Below, in pieces: positions 18,218-27,630 of a stretch of DNA of 51,907 nucleotides; the stretch's first letter is position 1; each line of letters starts with the position of its first letter. This DNA comes from Candidatus Wolframiiraptor gerlachensis. GTDB lineage: Archaea > Thermoproteota > Nitrososphaeria_A > Caldarchaeales > Wolframiiraptoraceae. Made by a program: the position numbers and the translations under genes. The stretch lies in NCBI GenBank assembly GCA_021323375.2, contig JAJPCT020000002.1:1-51907 (forward strand), written 5' to 3'. The notes below the pieces were generated by a model. That model saw nothing but the letters and a program-made list of their open reading frames with translations. It was not told where the DNA came from and ran no database searches.

Positions 18218-18972
18218 CCCCCGAGATAGGCCTCTATGACTTGTGGATCCATCACGACCTCCTCGGGCCTGCCTCTCGAGATTATCTTTCCCGAGGCCAT
18301 GACATAGGCCTCATCCGTGTACTGGAGCGCTATATCGAGCCTATGCTCCACCATGAATATTGTTATGCCGAGCTCATCCCTGAGCCTGATAAGAGACCTG
18401 AAGATCTCGTGAGCGAGTGTTGGGTTCACGCCTGCGACGGGCTCATCCATGACCAGTAGCCTCGCATCCGACATCAGCGCCCTCCCGATCTCCAGAAGCT
18501 TCATCTGGCCGCCGCTCAGCTTCCAAGACTCCTGATCCCATAAATGATCTAAGTTCAGGAGCTTTAGGAGCTTGAAGGCGCGCTCAATAGCCTCCTCCTC
18601 AAACTTCGTCCAAGCCCGTCTTCTCAAAGCGCTTATGAAGCCCTCGCCGGGATTATTACAGCAGACTAGGAGGTTCTCGAGGACCGTGAGCTTCCGGAAG
18701 GGCTGGGGTATCTGGAATGTCCTAGCAACCCCGAGCCTGAATATCTCATGAGGTGGGAGGCCCGTAATATCCCTCCCATCGAACATGATCCTGCCTTGAT
18801 CAGGCTTATAGACCCCCGTGATCAGGTTTATGAGCGTGGTCTTTCCACTACCATTAGGCCCTATCAGGATCGTTAGAGTGCGCTCTTGAACATCCATGCT
18901 AACCCTATCAACAGCCCTTAAGCCCCCGAAGCTCTTAACCAAATTTTTGGTTTTCAAGATCTCAGAGGACAT
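18214..18972 (-). CDS. livG: Branched-chain amino acid ABC transporter ATPase (LivG-like)
   Basis: KSFGGLRAV, GPNGSGKT, ARTFQ, DEPVAG, VIEAYLG. Confidence 0.92.
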   Translation of the reverse strand: MSSEILKTKNLVKSFGGLRAVDRVSMDVQERTLTILIGPNGSGKTTLINLITGVYKPDQGRIMFDGRDITGLPPHEIFRLGVARTFQIPQPFRKLTVLENLLVCCNNPGEGFISALRRRAWTKFEEEAIERAFKLLKLLNLDHLWDQESWKLSGGQMKLLEIGRALMSDARLLVMDEPVAGVNPTLAHEIFRSLIRLRDELGITIFMVEHRLDIALQYTDEAYVMASGKIISRGRPEEVVMDPQVIEAYLGG

Positions 18973-19100
18973 TCTTTTGCCGTGAAGGATGAAGAAAGGC
19001 TAGGTAAAAATCTTTCCGAGCCAGCCTACAGAGCTTTTAAATAAACATAAAAAAGGAGAAAGAGATAGTTATAGGAAGGTGGGCCTCTTTTTAAACTGCT

Positions 19101-20420
19101 TCACAACAACTCTACTTTATCAGCTATGCAGTCATAGATCGCCACGAGTATCCACTCATATCCCTCAGGCGTTTTGGATAGGGTAACGATCCAATAACGT
19201 TCTCCGATTCTATCTCCATTCTCGTTGAGCTTTATGTAACCGCTGACGCCGTAGTATATCTTAAGAACTTCCGGTATTACGGATCTTATTGTTTCACCAT
19301 CATACTTTCCAGTCATCAGTATCGATAATGCTATGACCCATATTGCATCATAGCTGTTATAAGCATAAGGCTCTGGTGTCCTACCAATTCTCTCTTTAAC
19401 TTGCTTCATGATTCCGATGTAGTTGTCACCTATTGGCGCCGCTATCGGGCTCGGGAATCCAACAGTAGTCACAAATTCAGCTACTTTAGGATCTTCCTGC
19501 AAGCCGTACTCGAAGGCTGTTCCATCGCTTCCAAACCACTTGACCCGCCAGAGCACATCATACTCTCTCGCAGAGTGGAAGAAGGTAACAGCCTCGCCAT
19601 ACGTTATCAGGACAACCATTATCTTCTCTGGTGAAATACCCTTGCCGACCAGCTCGTTTACCTTAGATGCAAGACTAGCAACCTCGGCAGAATAATCCGG
19701 AGCGGCCTCAGGTATCCTGAGCTCATCAACGACCTCTATGCCATGCTTTTTGGCGTTTTCCTTAATCTCCGCGGCTAAACCATCTCCCCATGGATTAGCT
19801 AAGTAAACTAGGATCATGTGAGTGACACCAAGCGCCTTGGCGTATGCTGGGGCAATCTTGCCTTGGTAAATATCTGTCGGGACGAACCTGTAAATATAGT
19901 CACCTGGTATGGCAACCCGTGGAGATGTTGATGACTGGCTGATTATGACAATTTTGTTAGAGTCCGCGAATTCTTTTATCTTAAGGATCTCACCACTTGC
20001 CATCGGGCCCACAACCGCTTTAACGCCCTTAGCTTGGAGGCTTATGAGCTTCTCTAACGCTACCTCAGGCTTCGTCTCCGTATCCTCGATATAGAGCCTC
20101 AATCTCCAGCCCGCCCCGATCCTCTCTAGGAATGCATTCACATCGGCAACGGCAAGTTCAACCGCGATCTTATCATTTTCTCCGAACTTTCCGAGTTGCC
20201 CGCTCAGGGGTAATAGTGCCCCAATCGGGATTTCTCCCGAGAGCCCTCCTACAGGAGTCCCTGCCGATACAGTTACTGTTCTAGTTTCCGTGACCGTTTT
20301 GATCGTCGGGGTTGGCGGAGGCGTCACGTATGGTGTTACCACCATTCCCACTCCAATACCGATTATCAGCATCACGACGGCCAAGACCACTGCTATAATC
20401 TTGCTAACACCTCGCATCAT
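19101..20420 (-). CDS. Liv-type ABC substrate-binding protein
   Basis: N-terminal TM anchor, Thr/Pro linker, IPIGALLPLSG, EDTETKP, YDAIW. Confidence 0.9.
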   Translation of the reverse strand: MMRGVSKIIAVVLAVVMLIIGIGVGMVVTPYVTPPPTPTIKTVTETRTVTVSAGTPVGGLSGEIPIGALLPLSGQLGKFGENDKIAVELAVADVNAFLERIGAGWRLRLYIEDTETKPEVALEKLISLQAKGVKAVVGPMASGEILKIKEFADSNKIVIISQSSTSPRVAIPGDYIYRFVPTDIYQGKIAPAYAKALGVTHMILVYLANPWGDGLAAEIKENAKKHGIEVVDELRIPEAAPDYSAEVASLASKVNELVGKGISPEKIMVVLITYGEAVTFFHSAREYDVLWRVKWFGSDGTAFEYGLQEDPKVAEFVTTVGFPSPIAAPIGDNYIGIMKQVKERIGRTPEPYAYNSYDAIWVIALSILMTGKYDGETIRSVIPEVLKIYYGVSGYIKLNENGDRIGERYWIVTLSKTPEGYEWILVAIYDCIADKVELL

Positions 20421-20568
20421 CTCCTCCTCTCACCTCTTTTTCGCTAAGACAATTCACCGATGCTTATAAGATTTTAACAGGATTATAGACCTTAGAGCCT
20501 GCTCGGCTAATCATTATTGCGACATCGTTAAAAGCCTGTTTAAATCGGGTTAGGGGGGCGCGTGGAGC

Positions 20569-21498
20569 ATGAGCATCCCGCTACTGAGGGACGCGATCAT
20601 ATTCGCTTCGATACTGACTATGCTGAGCACGGGCCTAACTCTGACATACATGACCACGAAGGTCCCCAATTTCGCGCATGGAAACTTTGCCGCGATAAAT
20701 GCCTATTTCACGCTCATCATAGCTAAGCTCCTCAACATCAACCCATATGTTGGAGCGGTAGCGGGGTTCTTCTTGGGGGGCGGGATAGCCCTAGTGCTTT
20801 ACCTCCTCATATTGAAGCCCCTCTTGGATAGGGAGGCGAACTACATAATCCTCATGGTGGCGACAATAGCCTACGACATGATACTACTCTCGATAATCAA
20901 TATAGTCGCCGATTATCTCAGCAGGGTTCACAAGATAACGTCTAGGCTCTTCCAGCTGAGGGAGTGGGGATATGGTATCGAGATACTGGGCCAGCCCTCC
21001 ATCTTCATTATCGCCCCACTACTTGCGGCCATAATGGTCATATCGCTATACCTGTTCTTGAATAAGACCAAGTTCGGCATCGCGATGCGGGCTGCAATAG
21101 ATAACCCGGCACTCGCCGAGACGATCGGGATAAACGTGAACCTCACTTATGCCGTTTCATGGTTCATATCGGGCGGGCTCGCGGGGGTCGGTGGCGCATT
21201 AGCCCCACTCCATGTAACCTGCAACACGGACACTGGGACCAGGTTACTGATAAGCATCTTCGCGGCCAGCATTGTCGGGGGGTTCACGAACATTTATGGG
21301 GCATTCTTGGGAGGCTTCCTGATAGGCTTGGCGGAGGTGCTCGGAACAGGCTATCTCGCTATACGGCTAGGCTCCTGGATAGTCCCTTACCGCCCCATAA
21401 TACCGTTAATCTTAATGGCGCTGACTCTGCTCTTCGCGCCACAGGGACTAACCGGCATCAACTGGTCTAGGATTCGCAGGAGGGAAGGACATGATTGA
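20569..21498 (+). CDS. livH: Liv-type ABC permease (LivH-like)
   Basis: PNFAHG, TKFGIAMRA, PQGL. Confidence 0.9.
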   Translation: MSIPLLRDAIIFASILTMLSTGLTLTYMTTKVPNFAHGNFAAINAYFTLIIAKLLNINPYVGAVAGFFLGGGIALVLYLLILKPLLDREANYIILMVATIAYDMILLSIINIVADYLSRVHKITSRLFQLREWGYGIEILGQPSIFIIAPLLAAIMVISLYLFLNKTKFGIAMRAAIDNPALAETIGINVNLTYAVSWFISGGLAGVGGALAPLHVTCNTDTGTRLLISIFAASIVGGFTNIYGAFLGGFLIGLAEVLGTGYLAIRLGSWIVPYRPIIPLILMALTLLFAPQGLTGINWSRIRRREGHD

Positions 21499-22567
21499 GC
21501 TATCAACGATCTCAATATTCCTAACGAACTTGATTATCCTGATCGGGATATTCATCATAATCTCCCTGAGCTTGAACCTCGAGTATGGCTATGCTGGGAT
21601 ACCTAATTTCGGTAAGCTCCTCGCTGTAGCAGGCGGAGCCTATTTCGTCGGAGCGGTCTCAGGAAGAATTCTGGCCCTCGCTTATGGCCAGCCCGCTGGC
21701 CTCAGCTATATCGATAAGAACCTCGAGGTGATAGGCTTCCTGAATAATGTTCTCTCATCCTCCCCCCTCCAGTCCATCGGCTTCCTAGTCCTCTCCCTCA
21801 TAGGCGCGGCCTTCTTCGGCGGCTTACTAGGCTATGTGGCCTCATACCCCGCGATAAGGCTTCGCGGAGACTACTTGGCAATAACCCTACTCGCCATGGG
21901 CGAGATCCTATGGGTCATAGCGGATAACTGGCAGCCCTTCATCGGCGGCTCTATGGGCGTCAGGATACCGGACCCATTCAGGTGGGTTGGAAGCCAGTAT
22001 AGGCCCCTCGCAGTCCTATTAACCGTTCTGGTAACAGCGGCCATAATCTTCCTCTACCTTCAGTATCTTGGAAGATCGCCACTTGGGAGAGTTCTGAAGG
22101 CCATGAGGGAGAATGAGCTCTCGGCCAGCGTCTATGGCAAGGATGTTGTCAGGCTAAGGACCAAGACGCTCATCGTGGGGTTCGCGATCGCGGCGATCAG
22201 TGGCGCGCTGAACTCCCTCTGGACCGTGAGCGTGTCGCCAAAGGACTTCGAGAGGGTTAGGCACACATTCATGCCATGGGTCATGGTCATAATCGGAGGC
22301 GCCGGAAACAATATTGGAGCCATGATCGGCGCCATAATCTTCGTAACCCTCAGGGAACTAATAGTATTCTATAAGTACTCCTTCGAGGCCATAGTCCCAT
22401 TCGATGTTGTCTGGCTAGAGTACCTCCTCATGGGCATAGCCCTGATAATAGTCTTGATGTATCGGCCGGAGGGCCTGCTTCCCGAGAAGCCGACGAGAAC
22501 CCTGAGCGAGAGAAGGATCCGGGAGATCGCCGCTCAAGTGGCCCCCGAGAAGTCTCGGGAGGATTAA
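21491..22567 (+). CDS. livM: Liv-type ABC permease (LivM-like)
   Basis: LNLEYGYAGIPNFG, RLRGDYLAI, SPLGRVLKAMRENE, RPEGLLP. Confidence 0.9.
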   Translation: MIELSTISIFLTNLIILIGIFIIISLSLNLEYGYAGIPNFGKLLAVAGGAYFVGAVSGRILALAYGQPAGLSYIDKNLEVIGFLNNVLSSSPLQSIGFLVLSLIGAAFFGGLLGYVASYPAIRLRGDYLAITLLAMGEILWVIADNWQPFIGGSMGVRIPDPFRWVGSQYRPLAVLLTVLVTAAIIFLYLQYLGRSPLGRVLKAMRENELSASVYGKDVVRLRTKTLIVGFAIAAISGALNSLWTVSVSPKDFERVRHTFMPWVMVIIGGAGNNIGAMIGAIIFVTLRELIVFYKYSFEAIVPFDVVWLEYLLMGIALIIVLMYRPEGLLPEKPTRTLSERRIREIAAQVAPEKSRED

Positions 22568-22813
22568 TGTTCTTCTCTTGGAGCTCAAGCATGGCCAAGG
22601 TCTGGCCAGCACCCACACCCCTCTCCCACCAATTTACTAGCCAATTACTGAGGCTCCCAATACTCCCCCAGCCACCGGTTACCCGCTACCTGATACTATC
22701 GCGCCACTCTCTTATTGAATTATGAAAAGGCCCTCATTCTTAGATACGGTGAACACGTTGAGCCGTGCAAGTTTATATCCAGCTCGCTTATCGCTCACTA
22801 TCGGCGAAAGAGG

Positions 22814-24811
22814 GTGGCATCCCCTCCCTGGAACTCAAACGGCTCTACGAAGGATAACAATAATGTGAGGAAGTGTGGGAAGGCGCGGCCCGCCTCGCTG
22901 GGCCCCCTGGAGGAGCTCGAGAGCTACGTCCCCAAGGACTGGTGGAAGCATATTTTTGACTCCTTCTATCTTAAGACAGATGGGGATGTCGTGGATGACC
23001 TAGATATCACGAGAAAGGAAGTTGACATGATAGTCGAGCTCCTAGGGCTGAGGCCGGAGGATAGGATACTGGATCTATGCTGTGGCCATGGAAGGCATTC
23101 CCTAGAGCTGGCTAGAAGAGGCTTCCTGAACGTCGAGGGGCTCGATATCTCGCATTACCTGATTAGGAGGGCTAGGGCCCAGGCAAAGAAGGAGGGCCTG
23201 AGGGTTAGGTTCAGGGTGGGGGATGCGAGAAAGCTTCCCTATCCACCGGACTCCTTCGACGCCGTGATACTGATGGGGAATAGCTTCGGCTACTTCGATA
23301 CGCCGAGCGAGGATCTGAGGGTCTTGAGGGAGGTTATCCGGGTCCTAAAGCCGGGGGGCAAGATCCTCATAGACGTCGCGGATGGCGACTATCTCAGGCA
23401 GACCTATCAGAAGAGGTCTTGGGAGTGGATTGATAAGAGGCTCTTCGTATGCAGGGAGAGGTCGCTATCCTCAGACAAGCAGAGGTTGATAACGCGCGAG
23501 ATAATAACCGACGTTAACAGGGGGGTTGTGACCGAGAGGTTTTATGCTGTGAGGCTTTATAACAGGGAGCGCCTCGAGGTCCTTCTAAGGAGTGCGGGAT
23601 TCGGCGATATAACCTTCCATGGAAGCCTCTCACCCGAGTCGAAGAAGGCCCAGGATCTCGGGATGATGGAGAGGAGGATCGTGGTGACTGCTATGGCTAA
23701 GAAGCCATGGTCTTCGGCTTGGAAGAGAGTTAACCACTCTAAGCTGGTGGTCGCTGTTCTGCTGGGAGACCCCTCCAAGAGGGATCCGGTGAAGCCGGGC
23801 GGCATATTCGACGACGATGATATCTACACGATTAATGAGCTGATGAGGGCCCTCAGCAAGCTGGAAGAGTATGAGTTCATCTACCTATTTAATCATGATG
23901 CGCTTATTCAAGATCTGATCAAGCTTAAGCCGAAGATAGATTTCGTCTTTAACCTCTGTGATGAAGGCTTCGATAACGATCCTAGGAAGGAGCTTCACAT
24001 ACCAGCCCTGCTCGAGATGCTGAAAATACCCTATACTGGCGCTGGTCCACAGTGCTTGGCCCACTGCTATGATAAGTCGCTGGTTAGGGGTGTTGCGAGG
24101 GAGATGGGGATACCGGTTCCACGAGCAGTCTTCATCATGCCGGAGGACAAGTCCTTCAACATACCCTTCGGGTTCCCGGCGATAGTCAAGCCTAATTACG
24201 GCGATAGCAGCTTCGGCATAACCCAGAGGAGCGTCGTCTATAATGAGGAGCAGCTTATAGAGGCTGTATCCGAGCTGAGGGAGAAATTCGGATATGATAA
24301 GCCGATTCTTGTGGAGGAGTTCCTGACCGGCAAAGACCTAACCGTCGGCATAATAGGTAACCCGCCGGAGGATTATATTGTCCTCCCGATAACGGAGGAG
24401 GATTACTCGGTCCTGCCAGAGGGCCTGCCGCCGATATGCGGGTATGAGGCCAAGTGGCTCCCGGAGTCACCATACTGGAAGATCAGGTCTGTTCCAGCGG
24501 ATCTCCCCGAGGATACTAGGGAGTTCATAATAGAGAAGAGCCTCCAGCTATTCACAAGGCTTGAGTGCAGGGATTATGCGAGGTTTGATTGGAGGCTTGA
24601 TTCCGAGGGCTGCCCGAGGCTTCTCGAGGTCAATCCGAATCCGGGCTGGTGCTGGGATGGCCACTTAGCGAAGATGGCGAAGTATGCTGGGATGGATTAC
24701 TCGGATATGCTCCGCGCTATCCTCAAGGCGGCTGAGAAGAGGCTCGGGATACAGCCGAGGGCTAGAGTTGAGGTCCCCGCTGCTAGCGATGCCTCCCAGA
24801 ATCAGCTATGA
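22814..24811 (+). CDS. Class I SAM methyltransferase fused to D-Ala-D-Ala-ligase-like ATP-grasp domain
   Basis: ILDLCCGHGRH, GNSFGYF; FNLCDEG, IPYTG, VKPNYGDSS, VEEFL, YARFDWR, LEVNPNPG; GTG 22814 chosen (TATA near 22772), ORF open from 22715. Confidence 0.85.
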   Translation: MASPPWNSNGSTKDNNNVRKCGKARPASLGPLEELESYVPKDWWKHIFDSFYLKTDGDVVDDLDITRKEVDMIVELLGLRPEDRILDLCCGHGRHSLELARRGFLNVEGLDISHYLIRRARAQAKKEGLRVRFRVGDARKLPYPPDSFDAVILMGNSFGYFDTPSEDLRVLREVIRVLKPGGKILIDVADGDYLRQTYQKRSWEWIDKRLFVCRERSLSSDKQRLITREIITDVNRGVVTERFYAVRLYNRERLEVLLRSAGFGDITFHGSLSPESKKAQDLGMMERRIVVTAMAKKPWSSAWKRVNHSKLVVAVLLGDPSKRDPVKPGGIFDDDDIYTINELMRALSKLEEYEFIYLFNHDALIQDLIKLKPKIDFVFNLCDEGFDNDPRKELHIPALLEMLKIPYTGAGPQCLAHCYDKSLVRGVAREMGIPVPRAVFIMPEDKSFNIPFGFPAIVKPNYGDSSFGITQRSVVYNEEQLIEAVSELREKFGYDKPILVEEFLTGKDLTVGIIGNPPEDYIVLPITEEDYSVLPEGLPPICGYEAKWLPESPYWKIRSVPADLPEDTREFIIEKSLQLFTRLECRDYARFDWRLDSEGCPRLLEVNPNPGWCWDGHLAKMAKYAGMDYSDMLRAILKAAEKRLGIQPRARVEVPAASDASQNQL

Positions 24812-24820
24812 GGCCTCCTT

Positions 24821-26113
24821 TCACTCGAATAATTCTGAGACGGCCTTCTCGAACTCCCCCAAAACTTTCTCCAATTCTATTGTTTGGAGGACGCCATCCC
24901 TGACTATTATCCTGCCATCCACGATGACGTCTCTCACATCGGATCCGGAGCCGCAGTATGTTAGTGCGGTGTACGGATCTCTTATCGGCCGATATCTCAC
25001 CTTCCGGGTGTTTATCACGACTATGTCAGCTCTCTTGCCGACCTCGATGCTGCCGATCATGTGGTCTAGGTTTAGGGCCTCCGCGCCGCCCCTAGTAGCC
25101 ATCCTAGCCGCGTTCCTCGCGGGCAGGCTGCTCGGATCCATATACTTGAGCTTCTGGAGTAGGGATGCTATCTTCATATCCTGTATTATGTCGAGGGTGT
25201 TGTTGCTTCCAGGCCCATCGGTCCCGAGCCCAACCCTTATCCCCATCCTCATCATCTCCTCTATTCTCGCGGCGCCGGATGCGAGCTTCATGTTCGAGAC
25301 GGGATTGTGGGCAACGGCAACATTCCTCTCCCTGATTATCCTAAGATCCTCATCATTCAAGTATATCGCGTGGGCTATAAGGACATCTTTCTTCAGGAAT
25401 CCTATCTCGTCTAGAGCCTTGATGGGCGTCTTCCCATGAGCCTTCACGAACTCATCTACTGGGGGTTTCGTCTCCGCCAAATGTATGTGTATCCCGACGC
25501 CGAGCCTATCAGCCTCCTCCCTCACCCTACGCAGAAACTCTAGGCTGCAGGAGTATTCTGCATGAGGCCCGAGCGCCGCCCAGATCATCCCCCTCCATCT
25601 ATGATATCTCCTCGCGAACTCTGTGCCCTTTCTCAATATCTCCTCCGAGGCCCGGTCGCTGAATAGCTCGACCAACCCTTCTGAAAGCACTCCCCTTATC
25701 CCGACCTCGACAGCGGCCTCCGCGACCTGATCCATGTAGAAGTACATGTCATTGAAGCATGTTACACCGTTAAGGGCCATCTCCGCCGCAGCGACCAGCG
25801 CGCCGATCCTTACGTGCTCGGGCTTGAGCCTTGCTTCAACAGGCCAGACATACTCCTTAAGCCACTTCTCGAGAGGCTGATCCTCGAAGGCGTTTCTGAA
25901 GAGCGTCATTGGCGAGTGGGTGTGGCAGTTCACGAAGCCCGGCGTAACAATGCATCCCCGGGCATCAATCTCCTCCTCGCCGCGAATCTCATCCCTTCCA
26001 ACATAGCGTATCTCGCCATCCTCAATTCCTATGGAGCCAGGGCTAAAGACCCTCATTTCATCATCCATGGTCAGGATTATGCCGTTCCTCACGGCAACCT
26101 CATACTTCTCCAT
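24821..26113 (-). CDS. mtaD: Amidohydrolase, 5-methylthioadenosine/SAH deaminase family
   Basis: PGFVNCHTH, HIHLAET, HNPVSNMKLASG, GTDG. Confidence 0.85.
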   Translation of the reverse strand: MEKYEVAVRNGIILTMDDEMRVFSPGSIGIEDGEIRYVGRDEIRGEEEIDARGCIVTPGFVNCHTHSPMTLFRNAFEDQPLEKWLKEYVWPVEARLKPEHVRIGALVAAAEMALNGVTCFNDMYFYMDQVAEAAVEVGIRGVLSEGLVELFSDRASEEILRKGTEFARRYHRWRGMIWAALGPHAEYSCSLEFLRRVREEADRLGVGIHIHLAETKPPVDEFVKAHGKTPIKALDEIGFLKKDVLIAHAIYLNDEDLRIIRERNVAVAHNPVSNMKLASGAARIEEMMRMGIRVGLGTDGPGSNNTLDIIQDMKIASLLQKLKYMDPSSLPARNAARMATRGGAEALNLDHMIGSIEVGKRADIVVINTRKVRYRPIRDPYTALTYCGSGSDVRDVIVDGRIIVRDGVLQTIELEKVLGEFEKAVSELFE

Positions 26114-26183
26114 AGTCGGTGGATGAGCTTATGAGAGGCTGGAGATAAATTTTGTGAATCTTGAATAGTTTTTTGATCCTTAG

Positions 26184-26241
26184 GGTGGTCAGCCTGCCCG
26201 TCGCGTATCACGGATCAACCTGGACGTTGCTCATCATCCCA
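26184..26241 (-). ncRNA. Box C/D methylation guide sRNA
   Basis: ATGATGA (C) - 12-nt guide GCAACGTCCAGG - TTGA (D') - CCGTGATA (C') - 13-nt guide CGCGACGGGCAGG - CTGA (D); intergenic. Confidence 0.75.
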
Positions 26242-26302
26242 GATTTATTGTGGAGAGCGGTATATTAAATGGTTTACCGCAAGCCTATCTGGTGGATGGG
26301 GT

Positions 26303-26434
26303 ATGCCGGTCTCGCTCATAATCAGCTGTGGATGCGGGTTTAAGACGACAAGCCTCGAGGAGGCTGAGGAGCACGCTAAACAGACAAGGCATGTTCTGAG
26401 GATTCAGGGATCTGTTACGCCATATTCCAAGTAG
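26303..26434 (+). CDS. 43-aa CxC..H-x5-H zinc-finger microprotein (not in ORF track)
   Basis: MPVSLIISCGCGFKTTSLEEAEEHAKQTRHVLRIQGSVTPYSK; TATA upstream; ends 7 nt before ogg. Confidence 0.7.
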   Translation: MPVSLIISCGCGFKTTSLEEAEEHAKQTRHVLRIQGSVTPYSK

Positions 26435-26441
26435 TCTTTCC

Positions 26442-27089
26442 TTGGTGGGCTTGTTGGCGCTCGAGGATCTTGCTAGAGATCTGGAGAAGTTGATGGCGAG
26501 GGAAGATGTGAGGCGGGTCGTCGAGTCTAGGATCAAGTCGTTCAAGGAGGCTCTCTCAAGGCCGGCTGAGGACGTGTTCAGGGAGATCGTCTTCTGCATT
26601 CTCGCCGCGAACTTCACGGCATTGGGAAGCCTCAGGATCGTGGGGGAGCTTGGTGATAGGCTGATGAGCCTTAGCGTGGAGGAGCTCGCCGAGGAGCTGA
26701 GGAGGCTGGGCCACAGATTCCCTGAGGCGCGCGCGAGATACATCATTGAGGCGAGGATGAAGTTGCCCATGATATTTGAGGCTCTCAGATCGGGCCGGGG
26801 CGAACATGAGCTTAGAGACTGGCTCGTAGAGAATATTCGCGGTCTCGGGATGAAAGAGGCAAGCCACCTTCTCAGAAATCTAGGATACCAGGATGTGGCG
26901 ATAATAGACTTCCACGTGCTCAAGGTGTTGAAGAGATATGGCGTGATAGGCGAGTTCAAGTCCCTCACGAGAAGGCGATATCTCGAGATCGAGAATATCT
27001 TGAGAGGGCTGGCGAGGAGACTTGGCCTGAGCTTAGCTGAGCTTGACCTCTACCTCTGGTACATGGATACGGGGAAGATCCTGAAATGA
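26442..27089 (+). CDS. ogg: 8-oxoguanine DNA glycosylase/AP lyase (Ogg2 type)
   Basis: FCILAAN, GHRFPEAR, GLGMKEASHLLRNLG, AIIDFH, LDLYLWY..TGKILK. Confidence 0.93.
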   Translation: MVGLLALEDLARDLEKLMAREDVRRVVESRIKSFKEALSRPAEDVFREIVFCILAANFTALGSLRIVGELGDRLMSLSVEELAEELRRLGHRFPEARARYIIEARMKLPMIFEALRSGRGEHELRDWLVENIRGLGMKEASHLLRNLGYQDVAIIDFHVLKVLKRYGVIGEFKSLTRRRYLEIENILRGLARRLGLSLAELDLYLWYMDTGKILK

Positions 27090-27092
27090 AGT

Positions 27093-27596
27093 TCATCTCC
27101 CCGGGAGCGCTCCCTCGAGCCTTAGAAGATATTCCCTAACCTTTTTGCTGAAGCCGCCTCCAGCTATCCTGCCATCCTTTCTCAAGACCCTATGACATGG
27201 GATTATTATCGCGATCGGGTTTCTCGCCAAGGCGTTAGCGACAGCCCTCCAAGCCCTCGGCCTACCAACCTCACCCGCAACCCAGCTATAGCTCCGGGTC
27301 TCGCCATACGGTATCTCTCTAACCTTTAGCAGAACCCTCCTCTCAAACTCCGGGCGCTCAAGCCTAAATGGATAATCGAAGACAACACACTCTCCAGAGA
27401 GATAGGCCCTAAGATCTTGGATAAGCTCTTGGAACTCGCCGAGATCAAGCCTTGGACGAGGATGATATGTGCCAACTTCATTCTCCAGATGTCTCAATCT
27501 CCTATAAAACCCAACCCTAACAAGCTCATCGCCAACCTTCACAAACCCTATTATGAAAAAGCCCACCTCTAAATACCCATAATACGCCTCGGTCAT
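27093..27596 (-). CDS. ogt: Methylated-DNA--protein-cysteine methyltransferase
   Basis: IPYGETRSY, RAVANA, IPCHRV active site; ATG 27596 preferred. Confidence 0.93.
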   Translation of the reverse strand: MTEAYYGYLEVGFFIIGFVKVGDELVRVGFYRRLRHLENEVGTYHPRPRLDLGEFQELIQDLRAYLSGECVVFDYPFRLERPEFERRVLLKVREIPYGETRSYSWVAGEVGRPRAWRAVANALARNPIAIIIPCHRVLRKDGRIAGGGFSKKVREYLLRLEGALPGR

Positions 27597-27630
27597 TTCT
27601 ATGCGGGCAGCCAACATTAATATCTGATAA

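Noticed and set aside
24684-25439. 251-aa ORF
   Set aside because: Antisense to mtaD, no recognisable motifs
26285-26968. 227-aa minus-strand ORF
   Set aside because: Antisense to ogg and the zinc-finger gene
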